This document shows positions 47,529-55,974 of a DNA stretch of 64,000 bases, piece by piece (position 1 is the stretch's first letter; the number at the start of each line of letters is the position of its first letter). Under the pieces are notes generated by a model that was given only the letters and a program-made list of their open reading frames with translations, was not told where the DNA came from and did no database searches. The stretch lies in assembly GCA_964423885.1 (NCBI GenBank), contig CAYRGD010000002.1:82128-146127 (forward strand). Reading direction: 5' to 3'. The translations under genes and the position numbers were made by a program. The DNA is from an uncultured Candidatus Saccharibacteria bacterium. Lineage in GTDB: Bacteria; Patescibacteriota; UBA1384; JACPKC01.

Positions 47529-47615
47529 TGGTGGGCAGGAGAGGACTTGAACCTCCACGGGATTGCTCCCACAGCCCCCTCAAGGCTGCGTGTCTGCCAG
47601 TTTCACCACCTGCCC
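47529..47615 (-). tRNA. tRNA-Leu(GAG)
   Basis: CAGCC-TTGAGGG-GGCTG, long variable arm, CCA. Confidence 0.95.
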
Positions 47616-47743
47616 AAGTATTCCGGACGGGTCGGAGTCTACCAGATCGCCGGGCGGGCTGCTAGCGCTTGCATGGGCCGCCGGCTCCTGATAGGATCCT
47701 TCCATTGCGTTTCCGGTTACCGGAAACCTCAAAGGAACTATCT

Positions 47744-48889
47744 ATGGCAACCGTATCAATGGAAGATATCGCCAAAGAACTTGGCGACGCGCTCATTCCG
47801 ATCAAGCACGGAATGACGATCAAGGGAACGGTCGTATCGGTGTCCCGAAGCCGGATCATCGTCGACCTCGACGGGATCGCACTGGGTCTTATTCCGGTGC
47901 GTGAGTTTTCGTCGACCGCCCAGGATCTGAAGTCAGGCGAGGAAGTATCGGCCTACGTCTTGGTGCAGGAAAACGACGACGGCTACGTTATTTTGTCGCT
48001 CCGCCGCGCCGACCGGGAACGGCACCTGGCCGCGCTCGAAGAAAGCTTCGACGCGAAGCAGCCGGTGACAGTCCGCGTCAAAGACATGAACCGAGGCGGG
48101 TTGGTGGTGCAGCACGGCAACATCGAAGGATTCCTGCCGATCTCCCAGCTGGCGTCACAGCACTACCCGCGCGGCGGCCGTGACCGGATCCAGGACGGGC
48201 TGCGGGTGCTTATCGGCAAGGAACTTCAGGTCAAGGTCATTACCTTCGAGCCGAAGGCGAACAAGATCATCTTTTCGGAAAAAGCTGCCGGCGATGCGCT
48301 GGCCGAGGAACGGGCACGTAAGCTCGCTATCGGTGAAGAGCTGCGCGGCACGGTGAGTGGCGTCGTCGATTTCGGCGTCTTCGTCAACTTGGGCGACATC
48401 GAAGGCCTGGTCCATATCTCGGAAATCTCGTGGGACCGCGTCCAAGACCTCGACCGCCTCTACAAGATCGGCGACGAGGTAAATGTCCAAGTCATTTCAG
48501 TTGAGGGCGGACGCGTGTCGCTGTCGATCAAGCGGCTGACGCCCGATCCGTGGCAGCAGGCGATCAACGCCTTCGAGCCCGGGCAAGCGGTACAGGGCCG
48601 GGTCGTACGCCTGTCGACCTTCGGCGCCTTCATCGAGATCGGCAAAGAGATTGTGGGACTCATGCATATTTCCGAGTTCGGGGTCTCGAGCCAAGAAGAA
48701 TTGGAAGCGGCGATCCATGTCGGCGACACCGACCAGTTCCAGATCCTGTCGATCGACAAGGATAACCGCAAGGTTGCGCTGGCCTATCCGGCGGATCGCC
48801 GGCCGGAATCGGCCAAGCGGGCAGCCGAGAGCCGCGAACGTGAACGCGCCGAGCGCAAGTCGGCGGCAGCCGAGCCTGCAGCCGCGTAA
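47744..48889 (+). CDS. rpsA: 30S ribosomal protein S1 (four S1 domains)
   Basis: NRGGL, GFLPISQL, DFGVFV...EGLVHISEISW and LSIKRL..DPW; start MATVS follows AAGGA. Confidence 0.92.
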   Translation: MATVSMEDIAKELGDALIPIKHGMTIKGTVVSVSRSRIIVDLDGIALGLIPVREFSSTAQDLKSGEEVSAYVLVQENDDGYVILSLRRADRERHLAALEESFDAKQPVTVRVKDMNRGGLVVQHGNIEGFLPISQLASQHYPRGGRDRIQDGLRVLIGKELQVKVITFEPKANKIIFSEKAAGDALAEERARKLAIGEELRGTVSGVVDFGVFVNLGDIEGLVHISEISWDRVQDLDRLYKIGDEVNVQVISVEGGRVSLSIKRLTPDPWQQAINAFEPGQAVQGRVVRLSTFGAFIEIGKEIVGLMHISEFGVSSQEELEAAIHVGDTDQFQILSIDKDNRKVALAYPADRRPESAKRAAESRERERAERKSAAAEPAAA

Positions 48890-48917
48890 CCGGCCCGAGT
48901 CACTATAGTACCGATAC

Positions 48918-48952
48918 GAAACGCGAGACCTGGAAAGGTCTCGCGTTTCTTT
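48918..48952. terminator. rpsA intrinsic terminator (possibly bidirectional)
   Basis: GAAACGCGAGACCT-GGAA-AGGTCTCGCGTTTC followed by TTT. Confidence 0.85.
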
Positions 48953-49160
48953 GTGATCGCAACTGGCGTGATGGCGTGGGTCGACAATCGAATCTCGTAT
49001 TGATTGGAGATCCGCATCCGTACCATGGTCAAGTACGGATCGCCATCACGCCGCTTGCGGTCACGTTTGCCGTACGAGCGGCGTTCGGTGAGGAGGGGAA
49101 CACCGGACGCCGCTCGTCATGCAAACAACGTTCGTTCGATGAATAAAAGAAACGAGCGTT
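48953..49160. ncRNA. Candidate structured ncRNA of unknown family
   Basis: Three contiguous stem domains fill the intergenic region between two terminators; a minus-strand consensus promoter is adjacent. Confidence 0.6.
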
Positions 49161-49189
49161 ACTGTAGCATGCGGTTTGCGCTGTGTCAA
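49161..49189 (-). promoter_or_regulatory. Sigma70 promoter TTGACA-17-TACAGT with extended -10 TG
   Basis: Points leftward into the structured region; no credible ORF downstream. Confidence 0.7.
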
Positions 49190-49196
49190 TGGGTCG

Positions 49197-49223
49197 AAAG
49201 AAAAACCCGCCCTAGGGGCGGGT
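49197..49223 (-). terminator. Intrinsic terminator of the PHP gene
   Basis: Minus strand reads ACCCGCCC-CTA-GGGCGGGT-TTTTCTTT, with the stop codon at the loop. Confidence 0.75.
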
Positions 49224-50429
49224 GCTGAACCAGATCGGTGCCGAGACGGCATGCTTGCCATTGCCTAGCAACGCTTTCGCATACACGCAGACGACGGGCC
49301 GCGCTTGCCAGTCTTTGTAGGACACCAGCATGCCCCAGTGCTCCGACGCGCCCTGTAGCCGATGGGAGGTCTGTTCGAAATCGGCAACTGTCGATTTGCC
49401 CACGAAGACAAGCGAGATAGTCCGTACCGTGCCTTGTGGCCATACGCACGCCGCGTGGAAACACACGTCGTCCGCCGTATTAGCAGTCGACACCGCGAGC
49501 GTTTCACCCATCCGTACGCTCCGGTCGCCGTGCGATGCAACGAAACGGATCGAAGCGCCGGGCTGTTCGGTTGCGAACGTCCGTCGGGCGGCCATCGCTT
49601 CGATGACAGCGCTCGGTGATCTGTTCGTGACGTAGCATCCGGTTACCGTTGGTACGCCGCCGAACGGCAGCAGGTGGCGGTCGCCGCCGTTGTACGGACT
49701 GACCCGCCAGCCCTTGCGGAGCAGCTCGCGGAAACAGGCTTCGTTACTCGAGCGCAGCTCACGGCCGTTACCGAGCCCCTTGTCGCCAAGGTCGAGGCCG
49801 TGGCTGTACAGCTCGCAGCCCACGATGTGGTCGATGTCGCGTTGGTTGCGTGGAGCGGCGAACCCGCCGAACGACTCTTCTTCCATGTAGAGGCTCGGGT
49901 GCGCAAAGACAGCCATCCCTCCCGCTTGGGCACCGAGCCAATCCAGGAATTCCCAATATGTTCGTACGAACGTGGGAGGATTGCCGTTTCCAAAACGTTT
50001 CCGTCCGCAAAACGTATCCGTATTGAGGACGATCAGGTGGCCCCAGCCGTGCTGGTAGGCAGGGTTCTTCGCAGTGAATTGGGTCAGGTCATCGGTGCCG
50101 GTGACTTCGAAGCCGCGCAGGCAGAGTTTGCCGCCCTGCGTCGAGCGGGTTGCGAGCAGCCTTTCGCCGGCCCATTCCTCTTCGGTGAGATGCTCGCCGT
50201 GGTCGGTGAGCACCAAGCCGTCGAGCGTCTTCTGGTTCGCCGCCACTACGTCGCCGGGTTCGCTGCCCGGCCCTGTGGCATCGGACAGTGAGGTGTGTGT
50301 ATGGGTATTGAGGTAGATAGCGGTACAGTCCGCGAACGCGGTGTCCGGGTTCGGGGCCGAGAGCGGGTCGGCAGCGTGCAACGAGACGGCCACGACACAC
50401 AGGAGCAGAGCGCAAAGCGCTTTTCTCAT
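49212..50429 (-). CDS. Secreted PHP-domain metallohydrolase (CehA/McbA-like)
   Basis: Signal peptide, HTHTSLSD, LTDH, GFE, GH, AHP and GGDRH. Confidence 0.8.
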   Translation of the reverse strand: MRKALCALLLCVVAVSLHAADPLSAPNPDTAFADCTAIYLNTHTHTSLSDATGPGSEPGDVVAANQKTLDGLVLTDHGEHLTEEEWAGERLLATRSTQGGKLCLRGFEVTGTDDLTQFTAKNPAYQHGWGHLIVLNTDTFCGRKRFGNGNPPTFVRTYWEFLDWLGAQAGGMAVFAHPSLYMEEESFGGFAAPRNQRDIDHIVGCELYSHGLDLGDKGLGNGRELRSSNEACFRELLRKGWRVSPYNGGDRHLLPFGGVPTVTGCYVTNRSPSAVIEAMAARRTFATEQPGASIRFVASHGDRSVRMGETLAVSTANTADDVCFHAACVWPQGTVRTISLVFVGKSTVADFEQTSHRLQGASEHWGMLVSYKDWQARPVVCVYAKALLGNGKHAVSAPIWFSTRP

Positions 50430-50535
50430 TCTTCCGTATTCCCTTCTGTTAAGTGCGCGCCATGAAACCAGAACGGCGGTACCGGGTCAAGCGCCCTTCA
50501 TTTCGGGCCACGCATCGGCTACACTCAAAAACGCA

Positions 50536-51030
50536 ATGACGATCACTGCCACAGCTACCGCCTGTACGGTCAAGACCAAGAGCTCGCAACTGTCGATCGC
50601 GATCGGCCGTGACGACGAACGGTCGTACGCCATCAATGACGTCGTGCTGCCCGGCCCTGGCGAGTACGAGGTTGGCGAGCTGTTCGCCGAGGTGAGCCCT
50701 GCGCTCGCCCACTTCCATATCGAAGATATCGTGCTGGTCGTCCGTCGCGACGACGGTAGTCCGATTACGAGCGCCGATTTCGAGCAGATCGAGCGCGCCG
50801 ACGTGCTACTGCTTGTCCATGGCGGCGGTGCCGATACGGCGCCGCTCGCCGAGGCGCTCAAGCTGTCGGCGAAAATCGAGCCGAAAGAGATCCTGATCGT
50901 CGGTGCCAGCCCGGCCGAGCTCGAACAGGTGTTGGCCGGCCGTTCCAGTGAAACGGCAGATACGCTGAAAGTGACTGCGAAAGACCTGCCCGAGGAGGGG
51001 CAGCGGATCGTTTTGCTTTCCGGCAAATGA
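50536..51030 (+). CDS. Degenerate metallo-beta-lactamase-fold protein
   Basis: GPGEYEVG, DVLLL, IEPK and LKVTAKDLP; no HxHxDH motif. Confidence 0.65.
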   Translation: MTITATATACTVKTKSSQLSIAIGRDDERSYAINDVVLPGPGEYEVGELFAEVSPALAHFHIEDIVLVVRRDDGSPITSADFEQIERADVLLLVHGGGADTAPLAEALKLSAKIEPKEILIVGASPAELEQVLAGRSSETADTLKVTAKDLPEEGQRIVLLSGK

Positions 51031-52055
51031 CCGCCGACGCCGCAGCGATCCTCCGCGCCGCCGATACCCATGTGCTCGTGACGCACGTCGAGCCGGACGG
51101 TGACGCGGCCGGTACGGCGCTCGCCCTCGGCCATGCGCTGCGCTCGCTTGGAAAGCGCGTCACGCTCCTGTGTGTCGACCCGATCCCGCCCGCGTTCCGG
51201 TTTCTGCCTGGCTGGGATGCCTTCCAGCGGGACTGCATGTTCGGCGACGTCGACGTCGTGACCGTGATCGACTGCGGCGACCTCAAGCGGACAGGGATCG
51301 GCGAGCGCCTGCGGAGTGTCGGCCAGGGCCGCCGCCGGATCCTCAACATCGACCACCACCAGCGGAACGACCTGCACAAGGTCGCTCACCACAATTACGT
51401 CGATACCGCGGCTTCGTCCGCCGCCGAGCTCGTACTGCCGCTAATCAAAGCGCTTGGCGCGCCGATCACGAAGGATATCGCGACCTGCCTGCTGACGGGC
51501 CTGTACTACGATACCGGCGGATTCAAACACTCGAACACGAGCGAACGGGTGCTGCGCCAGGCGAGCGAGCTGCTCGCCGCCGGGGCGAGGCTCAAGCATA
51601 TCCGTCACTTTGTCTCGTCGTACCGGTCGGTTCCGTCGCTGAGGCTCTGGGGACTGGCGCTGTCGCGGATCCATTACCACGAGCGGTTACGGATCGTCGC
51701 GTCGGTGCTCACTGCCGCCGATTTCGCGGCCTGCGATGCCTCGCCGGAAGATATGGCCGGCTGCGTCAACCTGCTCAACTGCGTGCCCGAAGCCGCCGCC
51801 GCGATCCTTGTCGCCGAGCTGCCTGACGGTACGCTCCGTGCCTCGCTCCGTACCGAGCGCGATGCGGTCGACGTCGGTGCGTTGGCCCAGCTGTTTGGGG
51901 GCGGCGGCATCCGGAAAGCGGCCGGGTTCGCGCTCAAGGGCCAGTTGCTCCGTAGTGGCAGCGGGGAATGGTCGGTTGCCTTACCTAGCCCCGGGCCGGT
52001 CGAGCTCGTCGCCCTTCCCGTGCCCGCCCGCGCACTCGCACATGTATCCGCCTAG
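51027..52055 (+). CDS. nrnA: DHH/DHHA1 oligoribonuclease/pAp phosphatase
   Basis: THVEPDGDA, IDHH, DTGGF, SLR and FGGGGIRKAAGF. Confidence 0.9.
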   Translation: MTADAAAILRAADTHVLVTHVEPDGDAAGTALALGHALRSLGKRVTLLCVDPIPPAFRFLPGWDAFQRDCMFGDVDVVTVIDCGDLKRTGIGERLRSVGQGRRRILNIDHHQRNDLHKVAHHNYVDTAASSAAELVLPLIKALGAPITKDIATCLLTGLYYDTGGFKHSNTSERVLRQASELLAAGARLKHIRHFVSSYRSVPSLRLWGLALSRIHYHERLRIVASVLTAADFAACDASPEDMAGCVNLLNCVPEAAAAILVAELPDGTLRASLRTERDAVDVGALAQLFGGGGIRKAAGFALKGQLLRSGSGEWSVALPSPGPVELVALPVPARALAHVSA

Positions 52056-52101
52056 TGGGCACGCATTCCGCCTGGTATACTTGCCTTCGGCTGACCACGT
52101 C

Positions 52102-52187
52102 GCTGGCGTGGCGGAACGGTAGACGCAGAGGACTTAAAATCCTCCGGGGGCGACCTCGTGCAGGTTCGAGTCCTGCCGCCAGCACCA
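52102..52187 (+). tRNA. tRNA-Leu(TAA)
   Basis: GAGGA-CTTAAAA-TCCTC, long variable arm, CCA; TGGTATACT promoter upstream. Confidence 0.95.
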
Positions 52188-52200
52188 CGGGAAGGAACCC

Positions 52201-52848
52201 ATGACGCAACGGGCATTGCTCCAACTGGCGCTCGCCGGCGTCGTCTGTACGGCGGCGCTTGTGACCGTGCTCGTCGGATTTCCAGCGATCTTTGCCGAAA
52301 TCCGGTACCCGCTGGTGTACGAAGATATTATCATCAAGGAATCGGCCGACCATGACCTTGACCCGTTCCTGGTGGCGGCGGTCATTTACGCCGAGAGCCA
52401 CTACAATCCCAAGGCGCAATCCCCGGTGGGCGCCCGCGGACTCATGCAGCTCATGCCGTTGACCGCGGCGGGTATCGCCCGCAAGCTCGGGGACGACAGC
52501 TTCACTATCAGCAAGCTCTTCGACCCTGCCACGAATATCGAGTACGGCACGTTCCACCTGCAGGGCCTCATGGGTAGGTACGATGGTGCTGTCGCCCCGG
52601 CGGTCGTCGCGTACAACGGTGGCGGCGGAGCCGGCGATCAGTACCGGGCCGGCAACCTCGGGCGGGTGCCGGCGGAAAGCCTTGCCTACGTGAAACGTGT
52701 TTTGGAGGTCAAAACCGCGTACGAACAGCTCTACCAGCTGCAACTGACCGGCGTCGATCCGTTCGCGCGCAAGGAAACGACCACGACGATCGCGACCCAA
52801 GTCTTGTCGGTGATCCAGCAGACCGTCACGACTCGCCTCGGCCAGTAA
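52201..52848 (+). CDS. Lytic transglycosylase (SLT domain)
   Basis: AES, SPVGARGLMQLMP, NIEYG, AYNGG and YV. Confidence 0.92.
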   Translation: MTQRALLQLALAGVVCTAALVTVLVGFPAIFAEIRYPLVYEDIIIKESADHDLDPFLVAAVIYAESHYNPKAQSPVGARGLMQLMPLTAAGIARKLGDDSFTISKLFDPATNIEYGTFHLQGLMGRYDGAVAPAVVAYNGGGGAGDQYRAGNLGRVPAESLAYVKRVLEVKTAYEQLYQLQLTGVDPFARKETTTTIATQVLSVIQQTVTTRLGQ

Positions 52849-52864
52849 TCCCAAAGGACCCGCT

Positions 52865-54679
52865 ATGAACCACAAAGAACTCCGTGCTGCGTTTCTCTCG
52901 TTCTACGAGGACCGCGGGCACATCGAGATCCCCCAGGCGTCGCTCGTACCGCTACAGGACACCTCGGTGCTGTTCACGACCGCGGGCATGCATCCGCTCA
53001 TACCGTACCTGCTGGGTGAGCAGCACCCAGACGGCACCCGCCTCGTCAACGTCCAGCGCAGCCTGCGCACGACCGACATCGACGAGGTCGGCGACGATAC
53101 TCACGGCACCTTTTTCGAGATGCTCGGCCACTGGTCGCTCGGCGACTACTGGAAGCGCGAGGCGATTTCCTGGAGCTACGAATTCGTCACGAACGTGCTT
53201 GGTTTGCCGACCGAGCGGTTGGCCGCCACCGTTTTTGCCGGCGATCCGGCCAAGGGCGTGCCGCTCGATACCGAAGCGCAGGGGATCTGGCAGGAGCTCG
53301 GCGTGACCAGGATCGCCGCGCTCGGCGACGACAACTGGTGGGGCCCGGTGCACGCGACTGGCCCGTGCGGCCCGACGACCGAAATCTTCGTCCACGTCGG
53401 ACCGGACGGTTGCCCCGACAGCTGTGTGCCAGGTTCGGCGACCGACAACCACTGGGTGGAAATCTGGAACAACGTCTTCATGGAATACAACCGGACGGCA
53501 GACGGCACGGTCGAACCGCTTGCCCAGCGCAACATCGATACCGGCGTCGGGCTTGAGCGGGTACTGATGACCGTCAACGGCCTGGGCAGTATCTACGAGA
53601 CGGATCTCTACCGGCCGATCGTGGCAGCCGTCTCGTCAGACGCGCTCGCCCACGCCGACCGACATGTCCGCGTTGTTGCCGACCACGTCCGCGCCTCGGT
53701 GTTCCTGCTGGCCGACGGCGTTTTACCGGGCAACAAAGACCGCGGCTACATCCTGCGCCGGCTTATCCGCCGCGCGGTCCAGGCGGCCCGGGCGCTCGGC
53801 TTTAGCGACTGGCAGCTGGTGATCGAGGCGGTGATCGGCGCGTACGGCAGCGACTACCCGTACCTGCTCGAGGCCGATATCGTCTCCCCGTTCCTGGCTG
53901 AGCAGCAGCTCTTCGCTGCCCAGCTCGGTCGGGCGACCGAGTTCCTGGATAAGGCGCTGGCCCGGAGGGACGCACTGTCGCCGAGCGATGCGGCAGATCT
54001 TGCCTTCCTGGCTCACCAGAGCCATGCCTTGCCGCTCGAGCTGAGCTTGGAGCTCTTTACCGAGCGCGGTTTTGCCTTGGACGCTATAGCGTACACGGCC
54101 GCCCTCGACGCCTTGCAGTCCGAACACCGCGCTGTGTCGGCGGCCGGCCAAGAAAAGAAATTCGGCGGCCACGGCCTGCTGCTCGATACGGGCGAGCTCA
54201 AGGCTGGCAACGAAGCCGAGCTGTCCCAAGTACTGCGCCTGCACACCGCGACCCACCTGCTCCAGGCAGCACTCCGAGCCGTACTGGGCAACCATATTGA
54301 ACAGCGCGGGTCGGACATCACCCCCGAGCGGCTGCGGTTCGACTTCAAGCATGGCGACAAGCTGACCGACGAGCAGCGCACGGCGGTCGAGGCTTGGGTG
54401 AACGACGCGGTCGCGCGCGACCTGCCGGTGCAGTTCGCCGAACTGCCGCTCGCCGAGGCGGAACGCAGCGGCGCGCTCCACTTTTTCGGCCACAAATACC
54501 CGCCGACGGTCAAGGTGTATTTCGTGGGTGACAGTCTCGACACGGCGATCTCCAGGGAGTTCTGCGGCGGGCCGCACGTGGCGCATACTGGCCTCATCGG
54601 TCATTTCCGTATCCAGAAGGAGCAGTCAGCATCCGCCGGCATCCGTCGGATCAAGGCGGTAGTCGAACCGGCCGCGTAA
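52865..54679 (+). CDS. alaS: Alanine--tRNA ligase (short, no C-Ala domain)
   Basis: LFTTAGM, FFEMLG, EIWNNVFM, DTGVGLER, HTATHLL, RFDF and EFCGGPH. Confidence 0.97.
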   Translation: MNHKELRAAFLSFYEDRGHIEIPQASLVPLQDTSVLFTTAGMHPLIPYLLGEQHPDGTRLVNVQRSLRTTDIDEVGDDTHGTFFEMLGHWSLGDYWKREAISWSYEFVTNVLGLPTERLAATVFAGDPAKGVPLDTEAQGIWQELGVTRIAALGDDNWWGPVHATGPCGPTTEIFVHVGPDGCPDSCVPGSATDNHWVEIWNNVFMEYNRTADGTVEPLAQRNIDTGVGLERVLMTVNGLGSIYETDLYRPIVAAVSSDALAHADRHVRVVADHVRASVFLLADGVLPGNKDRGYILRRLIRRAVQAARALGFSDWQLVIEAVIGAYGSDYPYLLEADIVSPFLAEQQLFAAQLGRATEFLDKALARRDALSPSDAADLAFLAHQSHALPLELSLELFTERGFALDAIAYTAALDALQSEHRAVSAAGQEKKFGGHGLLLDTGELKAGNEAELSQVLRLHTATHLLQAALRAVLGNHIEQRGSDITPERLRFDFKHGDKLTDEQRTAVEAWVNDAVARDLPVQFAELPLAEAERSGALHFFGHKYPPTVKVYFVGDSLDTAISREFCGGPHVAHTGLIGHFRIQKEQSASAGIRRIKAVVEPAA

Positions 54680-54723
54680 GGTCTGGTATACTGCTCGCAC
54701 AAGCACGCAAGGAGGGCAAACAC

Positions 54724-55974
54724 GTGTTCGGGTTCGGCAAACAGCAGCGGACGCAGGATCTCCAAGCCATCTCGCTCGACATCGGCACCGAGTTCGTCAA
54801 GGCGCTTATTTTCGAGGTGCGCGACGGCATCGCCCAGGTGATCGGCGTCGGCAAACAGCGGCAGCGCCTGTCGGACATGCAGGGCGGTACGGTCACCGAT
54901 ATCCACGGCGTGATCGGCAACTGCGAGAAGGCCCTCGAAATGGCAGCCGAGCAGGCCAAGATCTTGCCCGACCAAGTGATCCTCGGTATCGCGGGCGAAC
55001 TCGTCAAAGGGACAACGACCACGATCAAGTATGTCCGGACCGAGCCCTTGCAGAAGGTGTCGGTCGAAGAGCTGCAGGATATCCTCGACCAAGTCCAGCG
55101 ACGGGCGCACGAACGGGCCAAGTCCGTGCTCGCCTGGGAAACGGGCCAGGCCGAGATCGACGTGCGGCTCGTGAACGCGGCGATCGTCGACGTGCGGATC
55201 GACGGGTACAAAGTGACGAACCCGATCGGGTTCCAGGGCCGCGAAATCCAGGTCGGCATCTATTCCGCGTTCGCGCCGGTCGTCCATCTGGGGGCGCTCC
55301 AGACCATTGCCGAAGAATTAAGCCTCGACCTGTTATCCGTGGCCGCCGAGCCGTACGCGGTCGCCCGCATCATGGGGCCCGACGAGTCGAGCGAGTTCTC
55401 GGCGATCTTCATCGACGTCGGCGGCGGCACGACCGATATCGCCGTGGTCAACAACGGCGGTCTCATCGGCACCAAGATGTACGCGATCGGCGGCCGGGCG
55501 TTCACGAAGCGGCTGGTCAACGTCCTTGGGGCCGGGTTCGCCCAGGCCGAGGAACGGAAGCTGGCCTACTCGGCCCATGAGCTCGGGAAGACCGAGACGG
55601 CCGATATCCGCGCCGCGTTGCAAACAGATATCGAGGTCTGGCTGTCGGGCATCGAGCTGACGCTGTCGGAATTCACGAACGTCGATCTGTTGCCCTCGCG
55701 GATCCTGCTTTGCGGCGGCGGCAGCAACCTGCCGGACATCGCGGCTGCCCTCAAAAGCACGCACTGGGGCAAACGCCTCCCGTTCGCCCGCCGCCCGACC
55801 GTGCACTTCATGAAGCCGAGCGAGGTGCAGACGGTCAAGGATACGACCGGCCAGCTGACGACCGTGCAGGACATCACGCCGATGGCGCTCGCGAACCTGG
55901 CGATCGACCTGGTGGGCCATTCGACGCCCAGCCAGAGCGTGCTGCGGCGTCTCGTATCTTCGGTGGGGGCATGA
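54724..55974 (+). CDS. FtsA-like actin-fold ATPase (divergent)
   Basis: LDIGTEFVKA, AEPYAVA, IDVGGGTTDIA, GGRAFT and LCGGGSNL; amphipathic C-terminus VLRRLVSSV. Confidence 0.85.
   Translation: MFGFGKQQRTQDLQAISLDIGTEFVKALIFEVRDGIAQVIGVGKQRQRLSDMQGGTVTDIHGVIGNCEKALEMAAEQAKILPDQVILGIAGELVKGTTTTIKYVRTEPLQKVSVEELQDILDQVQRRAHERAKSVLAWETGQAEIDVRLVNAAIVDVRIDGYKVTNPIGFQGREIQVGIYSAFAPVVHLGALQTIAEELSLDLLSVAAEPYAVARIMGPDESSEFSAIFIDVGGGTTDIAVVNNGGLIGTKMYAIGGRAFTKRLVNVLGAGFAQAEERKLAYSAHELGKTETADIRAALQTDIEVWLSGIELTLSEFTNVDLLPSRILLCGGGSNLPDIAAALKSTHWGKRLPFARRPTVHFMKPSEVQTVKDTTGQLTTVQDITPMALANLAIDLVGHSTPSQSVLRRLVSSVGA

Noticed and set aside
15054-49223. Similar ACCCGCC..GGCGGGT hairpins at 15054 and 49205 as a repeat family
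   Set aside because: Only two short copies, each explained as an intrinsic terminator
48784-49261. Short ORFs across the structured intergenic region
   Set aside because: No RBS at proper spacing, they cross terminators, and they lack protein-like features
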